A stretch of DNA of 20,000 bases from Clostridiaceae bacterium (GCA_012839865.1 DUMO01000064.1:49374-69373); one strand, 5' to 3'. Counted from the first letter of the stretch, positions 1 to 7,534 are shown. The notes: generated by a model from the sequence alone, not told the origin. Program-made: numbers and translations.

Positions 1-33
1 CCAGCTGATGCTAAAATCAAAGTCAACCGATAA
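1..33 (+). CDS. possible 3' end of a gene entering the window (PADAKIKVNR*)
   Basis: Open frame 1 ending in TAA at 31-33, just before a hairpin; too short to identify. Confidence 0.3.
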   Translation, partial: PADAKIKVNR

Positions 34-35
34 GC

Positions 36-75
36 AAAAAGAAGCCTGAATTTAAGTTGGGATTTTCAGGCTTCT
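36..75 (-). terminator. intrinsic terminator-like hairpin, U-tract on minus strand
   Basis: 11-bp perfect stem AGAAGCCTGAA (40-50)/TTCAGGCTTCT (65-75), flanked by A runs on the + strand. Confidence 0.55.
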
Positions 76-84
76 AAAAAAACA

Positions 85-114
85 TTGCATTATGAGGTGT
101 CTGTAGCGTATAAT
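85..114 (+). promoter_or_regulatory. sigma-A-type promoter for the XRE gene
   Basis: TTGCAT (85-90), 18 bp, TATAAT (109-114); GGAGGTG RBS before ATG 140. Confidence 0.55.
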
Positions 115-139
115 TGTAGACAATAGCGGAGGTGAAGGT

Positions 140-760
140 ATGTCCAGTTTTGGCCAAAGGCTGAAATTTCTCAGAGAAGAAAGAGGAGATAACCAGGAAA
201 AAATTGCAAATATGCTGGGTATTAGCAGAGCTGCCATCTCCAAATATGAAAATGATGAGAGAGAGCCTGATATGAAAACCATACTTGCACTGACCAATTA
301 CTTTGATGTTTCAGTGGATTTTTTGTTTGGGAAGACACCAATACGTGGAAATCCGCACAACATTCAAGAAAATCTCAAATTGATTTTTGGAGAAAGTCCC
401 ATCGAGCAAATTCAGGCAGACATACTCAGAACTATTGGTGTAAATTTTAGCATTGAGGATTTGAAAAACTACATTTCAGGAAACAGAATACCTTCGCTTA
501 AGTCTCTAATAGCATTGGCAGACTATGCTCAGGTAAGTCTTGATTTTTTTTACCGGAAAAACACCCCTGAATCCCTGAAAAATGAACAAGAGAACTTCAA
601 AAATAATGGTGATAATGCTTTTTCAGATCATGAAGTAATTGAAGACATGCTTATTGATAAAAATTATATTAAACTTGCCAAGTGGATTAAGAAACGGAAT
701 CTATCTCCTGAAAAAATTATAAAATTGCTTGAAAACATTCTGACAATAGGCAATGATTAA
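140..760 (+). CDS. XRE/Cro-C1 family transcriptional regulator with two HTH-like domains (206 aa)
   Basis: N-terminal RLKFLREERGDNQEKIANMLGISRAAISKYENDEREPD...YFDVSVDFLFG is a classic XRE domain; second degenerate copy LKNYISGNRIPSLKSLIALADYAQVSLDFF; strong RBS. Confidence 0.9.
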   Translation: MSSFGQRLKFLREERGDNQEKIANMLGISRAAISKYENDEREPDMKTILALTNYFDVSVDFLFGKTPIRGNPHNIQENLKLIFGESPIEQIQADILRTIGVNFSIEDLKNYISGNRIPSLKSLIALADYAQVSLDFFYRKNTPESLKNEQENFKNNGDNAFSDHEVIEDMLIDKNYIKLAKWIKKRNLSPEKIIKLLENILTIGND

Positions 761-810
761 AATTCACGGGCAGCAAATGCCAAATGCCTGTTGCCCAAAA
801 CACCCATAAT

Positions 811-845
811 AAAACCTCAAAGAACCCTCTTCGGGTTCTTTGGGG
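811..845 (-). terminator. intrinsic terminator downstream of agrD
   Basis: Minus strand CCCCAAAGAACCC-GAAGA-GGGTTCTTTGAGG followed by TTTT; a second weaker hairpin (GGGCAGCA/TGTTGCCC, 768-796) follows the convergent XRE stop. Confidence 0.75.
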
Positions 846-878
846 CGCCAAGATACTTATTCCATGAAGTCAGTCAGA

Positions 879-1001
879 TTATTTTCTTAAGCATTTTGGT
901 TCTTTGGGTTGATGAATTATAAACGAACATGCTGAAGAAGCTGTAAACAAAGCTGCAAGAGTGAGCAGAGCGCCAACAATACGTAATACTTTTGATTTCA
1001 T
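879..1001 (-). CDS. agrD: cyclic (thio)lactone autoinducer peptide precursor, AgrD-like, 40 aa: MKSKVLRIVGALLTLAALFTASSACSFIIHQPKEPKCLRK
   Basis: Translated by hand (absent from the ORF track); AAAGGAGG RBS at 1011-1018; amphipathic leader, SAC-xxxx-HQP core and PxxL charged tail typical of clostridial AgrD. Confidence 0.88.
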   Translation of the reverse strand: MKSKVLRIVGALLTLAALFTASSACSFIIHQPKEPKCLRK

Positions 1002-1040
1002 CTAAAAAACCCTCCTTTACCTTTTTAATAAATTTATTTT

Positions 1041-1727
1041 TTATAATTGTTTTAAAAAAGTAAGCAACATTTTGGAATAAGTAATATTAACAGCAACAAA
1101 TACTATCGATAAAATAGAAAAATAAATTCTAAAATTATGAGTAAGCATATTCAGGCTATACAGGAACAGCGTACAAAATGAGACTTCAGCAATAAATAAT
1201 AAGAACGTAAAAGCAAGAACGTAATATTTTAATTTTTTATGGTACTGGAGCTTAAGGTAAACTATATCCCAGTTCCATAATGAAACGACAATTCCAAGCT
1301 GTATCAGCCTTTGGGGTATGCTTGTAAAAAATCTTGTTAAGTCACTGGCGAAGTACTCTTCCATTGATATTTCAAATAATACGAAAAATTGCGGCATGTA
1401 TGCAATCTCAATTGTAATAAGAAGCCCGTAAAATATTAACACAGCCAGGACCGCTTCATGCCACTTTATTTTATAAACCAACAACAAAATCAAAGTATAA
1501 AGCAGGACGTTAAACAATACTACTAAAAGCAACTCTGTAAGTATGTACCTGCTGAAAAACGTTACAGACACCATTAGAGGGGCAGTAATTATTAATCGGA
1601 CAATATTGATTTTATCATCCAGATACAGCTTGCTCCGATGACCGGTAAGAAGCAAACCAATATATATATTTAGAACCGCTTCAGGCAAAGACACAGCAAG
1701 TATAGTAAATAAGCTCATTTTATCCAT
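1041..1727 (-). CDS. multi-pass membrane protein (228 aa), resembles a stand-alone AgrC/VirS-type membrane sensor domain with no kinase domain
   Basis: About 6-7 hydrophobic segments; no H-box or GHKL motifs; no AgrB RxxxGGxH motif; ends 39 bp upstream of agrD on the same strand. Confidence 0.75.
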   Translation of the reverse strand: MDKMSLFTILAVSLPEAVLNIYIGLLLTGHRSKLYLDDKINIVRLIITAPLMVSVTFFSRYILTELLLVVLFNVLLYTLILLLVYKIKWHEAVLAVLIFYGLLITIEIAYMPQFFVLFEISMEEYFASDLTRFFTSIPQRLIQLGIVVSLWNWDIVYLKLQYHKKLKYYVLAFTFLLFIAEVSFCTLFLYSLNMLTHNFRIYFSILSIVFVAVNITYSKMLLTFLKQL

Positions 1728-1764
1728 GGCCTGTTATTTCACCCTGTCCGATTTTCTTGACATA

Positions 1765-1793
1765 ATTTTATAATATATAATCTACATTGTAAA
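1765..1793 (-). promoter_or_regulatory. sigma-A-type promoter for membrane protein-agrD operon
   Basis: Minus strand TTTACA, 17 bp, TAAAAT. Confidence 0.5.
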
Positions 1794-1865
1794 TAGTTTT
1801 TTTGCTAATTTTTTCATAAATATCATTAATGCTAGCATTTATAGGTTATATTAATAAAAAAGCTA

Positions 1866-1895
1866 TTGACATCAATGATTTGCAATACATATAAT
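1866..1895 (+). promoter_or_regulatory. sigma-A promoter of the Zn ABC operon
   Basis: TTGACA (1866-1871), 18 bp, TATAAT (1890-1895). Confidence 0.7.
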
Positions 1896-1907
1896 AAAAT
1901 ATCCGAG

Positions 1908-1924
1908 ATGCAAATGATTTGCAT
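1908..1924. promoter_or_regulatory. palindromic operator, probable Zur (Fur-family) box
   Basis: Perfect 8-1-8 palindrome ATGCAAAT-G-ATTTGCAT just downstream of the promoter; partial copy AATGATTTGCA at 1874-1884 in the promoter spacer; precedes Zn uptake genes. Confidence 0.65.
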
Positions 1925-2133
1925 TTGTATCTGACAAATTTGCAAGGGGGCTTTATTTTTGCATCAGGTGGCGTATAAAAACTGTTGCCAGGACGGATGC
2001 AGCATTATATTGGACAGGTTCACTGATACAAGGGGAATTGCTTTATACCTTCCCCCTGCTTCTGTATCGGCCAGGTGCAGAGAAAATGCATTACATAAAG
2101 GAGTACTGCAAATTAAACATGCGGAGGCTTTGT

Positions 2134-3087
2134 ATGAGAATCAAATGTGTCATTTTCATGATGGCAATTATAACAATATTTTCTTTCACCGGCTGCAATG
2201 AAAAGACTAATTCCACTGCAGCACAAACCAAACCTGTGGTAGCTGTCACCATTGTCCCCCAGGCTACATTTGTAAAGGAAGTTGCAGGGGATCTGATGGA
2301 TGTGGTCGTACTGGTTCCTCCCGGGTACAGCCCGGAAAGTTATCAACCTTCACCAAAACTAATGGAGGAATTCAGCAGGGCGTCAATTTATTTTGCTATA
2401 GGAGTGCCGGCTGAAGAGGCATATATCCTTCCAAGGGTTGGCAGTATAAACAGCGGTATAAAAATAGTCGACCTTGCAGAAAGGGTGGCGAGGTTTTATC
2501 CTCCCAGGAGTTTTGAAACCGGAGAATCTTCGCATTCTCACAGTACCAACCCTGATTCCCCGGAAATCCCGTCGGATGAACATTCTCACGAAGGTAACGA
2601 CCCGCATATATGGCTCAGCCCTAAGAGAGTCAAGGTAATAATAGAAGAGATTGCCCGTGAATTATCAATACTGGATGCAGATAACAAGAGCATATATGAA
2701 AGCAATGCGGAATCCTACAAGCAGGAACTGGATAAATTGGATAGTGAAATAAAGGAAATTCTGAGCGGGGTCAGCAACAAATCGTTTATAATGTACCACC
2801 CCTCATTGGGCTATTTTGCAGATGATTACGGCCTCAATATGCATGCCATAGAGGAAGGTGGCAAGGACGCAGCTCCCAAAACCTTTCAGAGGCTTATTGA
2901 TTTGGCAAAATCAGAAAACATAAAAGCTGTTTTTTACCAGGCAGAGTCAGACAGCCGCCAGTCCCGGGCTTTTGCAGAGGAAATCGGTGGTGAAGCCATA
3001 ATGGTTGAACCTCTTTCTGCTGATTATATAAATAACCTGAGAAAAATAGCTGAAACCTTTGCAAAGGCCATCGAAGGAAATAATTAA
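2134..3087 (+). CDS. znuA: zinc ABC transporter substrate-binding lipoprotein (ZnuA/AdcA-like)
   Basis: GGAGG RBS then ATG 2134; lipobox FTGC; SPESYQP, His-rich loop (SHSHS...EHSHE), DPHIWLSP and YHPSLGYF motifs of cluster A-I metal-binding proteins. Confidence 0.9.
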   Translation: MRIKCVIFMMAIITIFSFTGCNEKTNSTAAQTKPVVAVTIVPQATFVKEVAGDLMDVVVLVPPGYSPESYQPSPKLMEEFSRASIYFAIGVPAEEAYILPRVGSINSGIKIVDLAERVARFYPPRSFETGESSHSHSTNPDSPEIPSDEHSHEGNDPHIWLSPKRVKVIIEEIARELSILDADNKSIYESNAESYKQELDKLDSEIKEILSGVSNKSFIMYHPSLGYFADDYGLNMHAIEEGGKDAAPKTFQRLIDLAKSENIKAVFYQAESDSRQSRAFAEEIGGEAIMVEPLSADYINNLRKIAETFAKAIEGNN

Positions 3088-3341
3088 TAAGGCTGCAGTA
3101 CACCAGAGAATTGCTTAAATTGAGTGCCGGGAAATACGGGAAATAATAAACAAAGTATCAGTGTTCCTTCTGGAGGTAACAAGTACACTGCCGCCACCAG
3201 TTCAACAGGAAAAGCAGCAAACAATAGTGTTCCCCTGTTAAAAACAGGACAATGTCACTTATCATTTGGAGGAGACGAAGAATAAAGCAACAGTGTTCTT
3301 GCAGCAGATTGGAACACTGTCATATAAATTTGGAGGAAACA

Positions 3342-4124
3342 ATGAAAAAAGTAATAGAAATTGAAAACTTAAGCGTATTCTACAATGAAATATGCGCTCT
3401 TGAAAATATAAACCTCACGGTGTATGAAAAGGACTTCTTAGGGATTATAGGTCCCAACGGTGGAGGAAAAAGCACTCTGTTGAAAGTCATAATGGGACTC
3501 TTAAAACCTTCCAAAGGTGCTGTTAAAATCTATGGGCATTCAATCGACAGCCTCCGGGTCCCGATAGGCTATGTCCCCCAGTTTGGCAGCTTCGACAGGG
3601 AATTTCCCATAAGCGTGGAAGATGCCGTGCTGACCGGATGCCTGTATGGTAAAAAATTATTTTTCCCTAAATTTCTCAATGATGACCACAACACTGTATC
3701 AACACTTTTGAAGGAACTCAATATCCATGACCTCAGAAAAAGGCAGATTGGTGAGCTTTCAGGAGGACAACTGCAAAAGGTGTTGATTGCGAGGGCTTTG
3801 GCTGCAAAACCCAAAATACTGTTCCTGGACGAGCCTACCGCAAGTGTCGATACCAGCGCACAAGGTGAGCTTATGGAGCTTTTGAAGGAGCTGAACAAAA
3901 AAATCACCATCGTTATGGTATCCCATGACATAGGGGCAATATCTTCGAATGTCAAAACCATAGCATGCCTAAATACACAGTTGTATTATCACGGCAACCC
4001 TGAGCTTGACAACTGCATGGTGGAAAAGCTCTATGGCTGCAATATCGACCTCATAGCCCATGGTGTCCCCCACAGGGTTCTTGGAACTCACAAAGAAAAA
4101 TCCGGCAAGGAGGAAAACAAATGA
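3342..4124 (+). CDS. znuC: metal (Zn/Mn) ABC transporter ATP-binding protein
   Basis: GGAGG RBS before ATG 3342; Walker A GPNGGGKST, LSGGQ signature, FLDEP, SHD; C-terminal HG/H motifs typical of ZnuC. Confidence 0.92.
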   Translation: MKKVIEIENLSVFYNEICALENINLTVYEKDFLGIIGPNGGGKSTLLKVIMGLLKPSKGAVKIYGHSIDSLRVPIGYVPQFGSFDREFPISVEDAVLTGCLYGKKLFFPKFLNDDHNTVSTLLKELNIHDLRKRQIGELSGGQLQKVLIARALAAKPKILFLDEPTASVDTSAQGELMELLKELNKKITIVMVSHDIGAISSNVKTIACLNTQLYYHGNPELDNCMVEKLYGCNIDLIAHGVPHRVLGTHKEKSGKEENK

Positions 4125-4951
4125 TAGCTTCGATTTTTAAATATGCCTTTTTGCAAAATGCCTTAATAGCTTGCATATTGTCCAGCATCGCCTGCGGAAT
4201 AATCGGCACAGTTATAATGGAGAAAAAATTGGTTATGATGAGCGGCGGCATAGCTCATGCTTCCTTTGGAGGAATTGGTCTTGGATTTTTACTTGGTGTG
4301 GAACCTATTTTTACAGCCCTTCTTTTTTCAGTCGGAACAAGTTTATCCATATCAGAAATAAACAAAAGATCAAAAACAAATCCCGACCTTCTGACCGGGA
4401 TTTTCTGGTCGGTGGGTATGGCGCTGGGTATATTGTTTATTTCACTTACACCGGGTTACCCTCCGGATATGTCTTCCTACCTTTTCGGAGATATTCTTAC
4501 AGTATCAAGAAATGACCTGATAACAATGATAGCCCTTGATATTGTGATAATCTTTTTAATATTTGCCGGTTTCAATATGCTCAAAGCCTATATGTTTGAC
4601 AGGGAATTTGCATCTGTCCTGAGGTTGCCGGTAAATTTTCTGGACTACATGGTTTATATTCTCATAGCATTGACGGTGGTAGTACTTATCAGAGTTGCAG
4701 GAATCATACTGGTTATTGCGCTTTTGACAGCGCCTCCCGCCACAGCCAGACTGTTTTCCTATAATCTTAAGAATATTATGCTGATATCAATACTTACAGG
4801 TTTGGTTCTCTGCCTGACAGGACTTTTTATATCCTACAGTTATAATATCCCTTCCGGTGCTGTTATTGTACTTGTTTCAGGAGCAGCTTACCTTGTATCT
4901 GCTTTAATCAAAAGACTTATAAATAAAATCCGGCTTTCATCCGCAGTCTAG
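4121..4951 (+). CDS. znuB: metal (Zn/Mn) ABC transporter permease
   Basis: ATGA overlap with znuC; GIAHASFGGI, YLFGDIL and ALLTAPPATA motifs of ABC-3 permeases. Confidence 0.92.
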   Translation: MIASIFKYAFLQNALIACILSSIACGIIGTVIMEKKLVMMSGGIAHASFGGIGLGFLLGVEPIFTALLFSVGTSLSISEINKRSKTNPDLLTGIFWSVGMALGILFISLTPGYPPDMSSYLFGDILTVSRNDLITMIALDIVIIFLIFAGFNMLKAYMFDREFASVLRLPVNFLDYMVYILIALTVVVLIRVAGIILVIALLTAPPATARLFSYNLKNIMLISILTGLVLCLTGLFISYSYNIPSGAVIVLVSGAAYLVSALIKRLINKIRLSSAV

Positions 4952-4974
4952 AACAGCGGATTCAAGCCGGATTT
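4926..4974. terminator. long hairpin spanning the znuB stop, between convergent genes
   Basis: AAATCCGGCTT/AAGCCGGATTT (11 bp) plus ATCCGC/GCGGAT (6 bp). Confidence 0.55.
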
Positions 4975-5020
4975 ATAAAATCAAATAATCATTCAAACAA
5001 GTATTTAACCCTTATTATAA

Positions 5021-6493
5021 CTATGCTGCTTGTGCATCTCCATTGTCAGAATTTTTGACTGAAAGCATGAGATTCAACAGTATCCCGATGACAGCTGCTG
5101 TAGCCAAAGCCGGGAGTTTGGCTCCGAACATTGGAATCATTCCGCCTTCGAAATTGAAGCTTCCACCCAGTCCGACTATTAAAATTACAGCAATTACTGC
5201 AAGGTTTCTGGCGCTGAACATATCCAATTTCTTATCCAGCATTATCGTAATACCCTGAGCCCCGATAACACCAAAGAGGTATATGGAAAGTCCGCCGATT
5301 ACACATGTCGGGATTGAATATACCGCATTAATCAAAGGAGTAAAGCAGGATATTATCATTGTTATAATCGATGCGGCAATAAGCACGGGAACTGAGAAAT
5401 TCTTGGTTATTGCCATGGTGCTGATGTTTTCACCATAGTTTGTACCTGCAGGACCTCCGATAAGCCCGGATACGATATCTCCAATACCGTCGCCGATAAG
5501 GTTGAGACCCAGTTTGCTTTCTATATCATATTCCTTTGTAGATTTCTTCTTTTTCACCAGGTCATTTACATAAATGTGCAACTGGTACACATGAGCAGTT
5601 GACTCGGGTATGGTTGCAATAGCTATGGGCATTATTGCCAAAACTGCTGCCCAGGTTGGTTTCGGTAATGTAAATTTGGGCAGGTTCAATATATAATTTG
5701 ATTGAATTGTGTCGAAGCTGATAAATTGAATACCCGTTGCAAACCCGATAATCACCGCCGCCAGATATCCTGTAAAAAGTCCGAACAGTATTGGCAGTTG
5801 GCTGAGTTTTCCCTTGAGATAAACTGAATACAAAACGGTAGATAATAAAGTGATTATGGCTATTAACCACGCATAGTTGGATGCAGCGGCTTTTTGCTGT
5901 TCTGCCTTCTCAATTTCATCCTTTGCCTCCACTGCCTCAGCAGAGTTCTTATCTTCAATTGAGTCATATACTGCCTGGGCTTCAGCAACATTATTATTGA
6001 TATATTGAGGAACAGCAGCAGCATTGCCCATTGCATTGGCTGCCAAAGATAATCCGATTATTATTGCTATACTTCCGGTAACTGATGGAGGAAGTATTTT
6101 GTCTATAACTTTTTTCCCGCTCTTGTTTACAATAAATCCAGCGAGTATTGAAACAAAACCTGACATCACAATGCCAAACTGAGCTACTGAAATTCTCTCA
6201 TCCAATGTATAGTTTGCAAATGCTTCAGCGCTCATTATGGAAGCTATGGCTGCTATATACGAGAAACTCGAACCGTAATACAGCGGCAGCTTCTTTCCGG
6301 TAATAAGGATAAAGCACAAAGTTGCCAAACCGCTTGCAAAAATTGTTGTCGAAACATGGAAGTTTGTCAGCAGGGCTACAAGCACTGTTGCCGGAAACAT
6401 TACTACAATTTGTTGGAGTGCAAAAAGGATCAGTTCAAAAAATGGCGGCCTCTCATCTGGCAGATAGCCTAAAACTTCTTTTTTTACAGACAT
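5021..6493 (-). CDS. uraA: uracil/xanthine permease, NCS2 family (490 aa)
   Basis: AGGAGGT RBS before ATG 6493; LQQ..MFPATVLV, YYGSSFSYI and GPAGTNYGEN NCS2 signature; PyrR attenuator upstream supports uracil specificity. Confidence 0.9.
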   Translation of the reverse strand: MSVKKEVLGYLPDERPPFFELILFALQQIVVMFPATVLVALLTNFHVSTTIFASGLATLCFILITGKKLPLYYGSSFSYIAAIASIMSAEAFANYTLDERISVAQFGIVMSGFVSILAGFIVNKSGKKVIDKILPPSVTGSIAIIIGLSLAANAMGNAAAVPQYINNNVAEAQAVYDSIEDKNSAEAVEAKDEIEKAEQQKAAASNYAWLIAIITLLSTVLYSVYLKGKLSQLPILFGLFTGYLAAVIIGFATGIQFISFDTIQSNYILNLPKFTLPKPTWAAVLAIMPIAIATIPESTAHVYQLHIYVNDLVKKKKSTKEYDIESKLGLNLIGDGIGDIVSGLIGGPAGTNYGENISTMAITKNFSVPVLIAASIITMIISCFTPLINAVYSIPTCVIGGLSIYLFGVIGAQGITIMLDKKLDMFSARNLAVIAVILIVGLGGSFNFEGGMIPMFGAKLPALATAAVIGILLNLMLSVKNSDNGDAQAA

Positions 6494-6544
6494 GATTAAT
6501 ACCTCCTGATTTTTAATTTGTTTGAAAGGAGGAAAAAAAATCAC

Positions 6545-6659
6545 AAAAAAATCTTGCCATACAGCAAGATTGCCTATCAATAACTTGACACGCAAAAGTT
6601 GTCATAAGTTATTAACTATGTTCAATCTTACCGGCATCTCTGTACCGAGTTTAAAGATT
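6545..6659 (-). promoter_or_regulatory. PyrR-binding attenuator (anti-antiterminator plus terminator)
   Basis: Minus strand AATCTTTAAACTCGGTACAGAGATGCCGGTAAGATT resembles the PyrR CUUUAA...CAGAGA stem-loop; downstream terminator AATCTTGC-TGTATG-GCAAGATT followed by a U-tract before uraA. Confidence 0.8.
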
Positions 6660-6853
6660 TCTTTTCCTAAGAAATATAATTACACAAATTTTTATTTTTG
6701 TAAACAGGTTTTTTAAATAATTTAGCTGTCAATTTTTGTTGAATTACTATTAAAAAATTTTTACAAGTGTCATATTTTATGCCCTGTTGCACCATCTGGC
6801 TCACAATACGGAATTCGCAAGTATTTATTCTGTCAATTCCATACCTTTTTCAT

Positions 6854-6882
6854 TTGACACTCATTCCAAATTTCACTATAAT
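6854..6882 (+). promoter_or_regulatory. consensus sigma-A promoter
   Basis: TTGACA (6854-6859), 17 bp, TATAAT (6877-6882). Confidence 0.85.
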
Positions 6883-6888
6883 CATATT

Positions 6889-7062
6889 GGAGCTTTACCG
6901 GAGAGTTACAAATAATCTTTATTATGTGGCTTCCTGGGGAGCACCAGTTAAAACTTAAAAGTAAAATTCGTTCTGACTTATTTGGGTACGTCCCGAAGAG
7001 AAAGGCGGGTGATTGTCGAAATTGCAGAGTATGTTACCCACGCCTTTTTGCGTGGTTTTTTT
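6889..7062 (+). ncRNA. unassigned ~175-nt transcript or leader ending in an intrinsic terminator with an overlapping antiterminator
   Basis: Starts after the consensus promoter; terminator CCACGC-CTTTTT-GCGTGG-T7 (7038-7062); competing helix AAAGGCG-GGTGA (7001-7012) with TTACC..CGCCTTT (7034-7047). Confidence 0.55.
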
Positions 7063-7282
7063 ATTTAGTGCATGATTATATGCATGGTTAACAGTTTTAT
7101 TGGTATTGGAAGGTTTTCAGAAAGATATATTATGAAGTGATTCTGCTGCAGCACAGTATGATGGTCCCGCTGACGGTTAAAAAAGCAAAGGAATAAACCC
7201 CACAGCAATTCCGCTGCGGAGCAGTTTGACGGTCCTGCAAGAGATTTATAAAGATACTGATGGAAAGGTATGATTTATTAAA

Positions 7283-7534
7283 ATGGATAAAAGAATATCA
7301 GTAATCAGCATCATTGTAGAAGATACTTCTGCAGCCGGAGAAATAAATGATCTTTTGCATCAATTTGGTGATTATATTATCGGCCGCATGGGTATACCTT
7401 ACAGGGAGAGAGGTATATCAATCATTTGTGTTGTCCTGGAAGCTCCGGGGGACATTACAAGCTCCCTTTCCGGGAAACTGGGAATGATAAAGGGTGTAAG
7501 CGTGAAGACCGTTACATCCAGGACACGTGTTTAG
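7283..7534 (+). CDS. TM1266-family small ACT/NikR-C-like protein (putative iron-only hydrogenase system regulator)
   Basis: 83 aa with ISIIVED...N.LLH.F..YIIGRMGIPY...G.SII.VVL.AP...I.SLSGKLG...GVSVK pattern. Confidence 0.85.
   Translation: MDKRISVISIIVEDTSAAGEINDLLHQFGDYIIGRMGIPYRERGISIICVVLEAPGDITSSLSGKLGMIKGVSVKTVTSRTRV

Noticed and set aside
1041..1727. Membrane protein as AgrB
   Set aside because: Lacks the AgrB RxxxGGxH and catalytic Cys pattern; topology fits a sensor-type domain better.
6889..6910. Guanidine-IV riboswitch (ACCGG-loop hairpin at the transcript 5' end)
   Set aside because: The terminator is ~130 nt away with a CUUUUU loop lacking the conserved kissing partner, and downstream genes are not MATE/SugE-type.
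7014..7020. Spo0A box TGTCGAA
   Set aside because: A single 7-mer, also found by chance inside uraA; insufficient evidence.
6990..7040. SAM-III (SMK)-like or PyrR-like words (CCCGAAGAG, CAGAG)
   Set aside because: Only scattered similarity; no SD-sequestering GGGG helix and no CUUUAA element.
7141..7260. Cobalamin, NiCo, SAM-I or twister assignment
   Set aside because: Required core motifs (e.g. GGGAA..CGGUG, CUGAGCAGGC, AUCAAGAG, GGUCCCAAGCCC) are absent or out of order.
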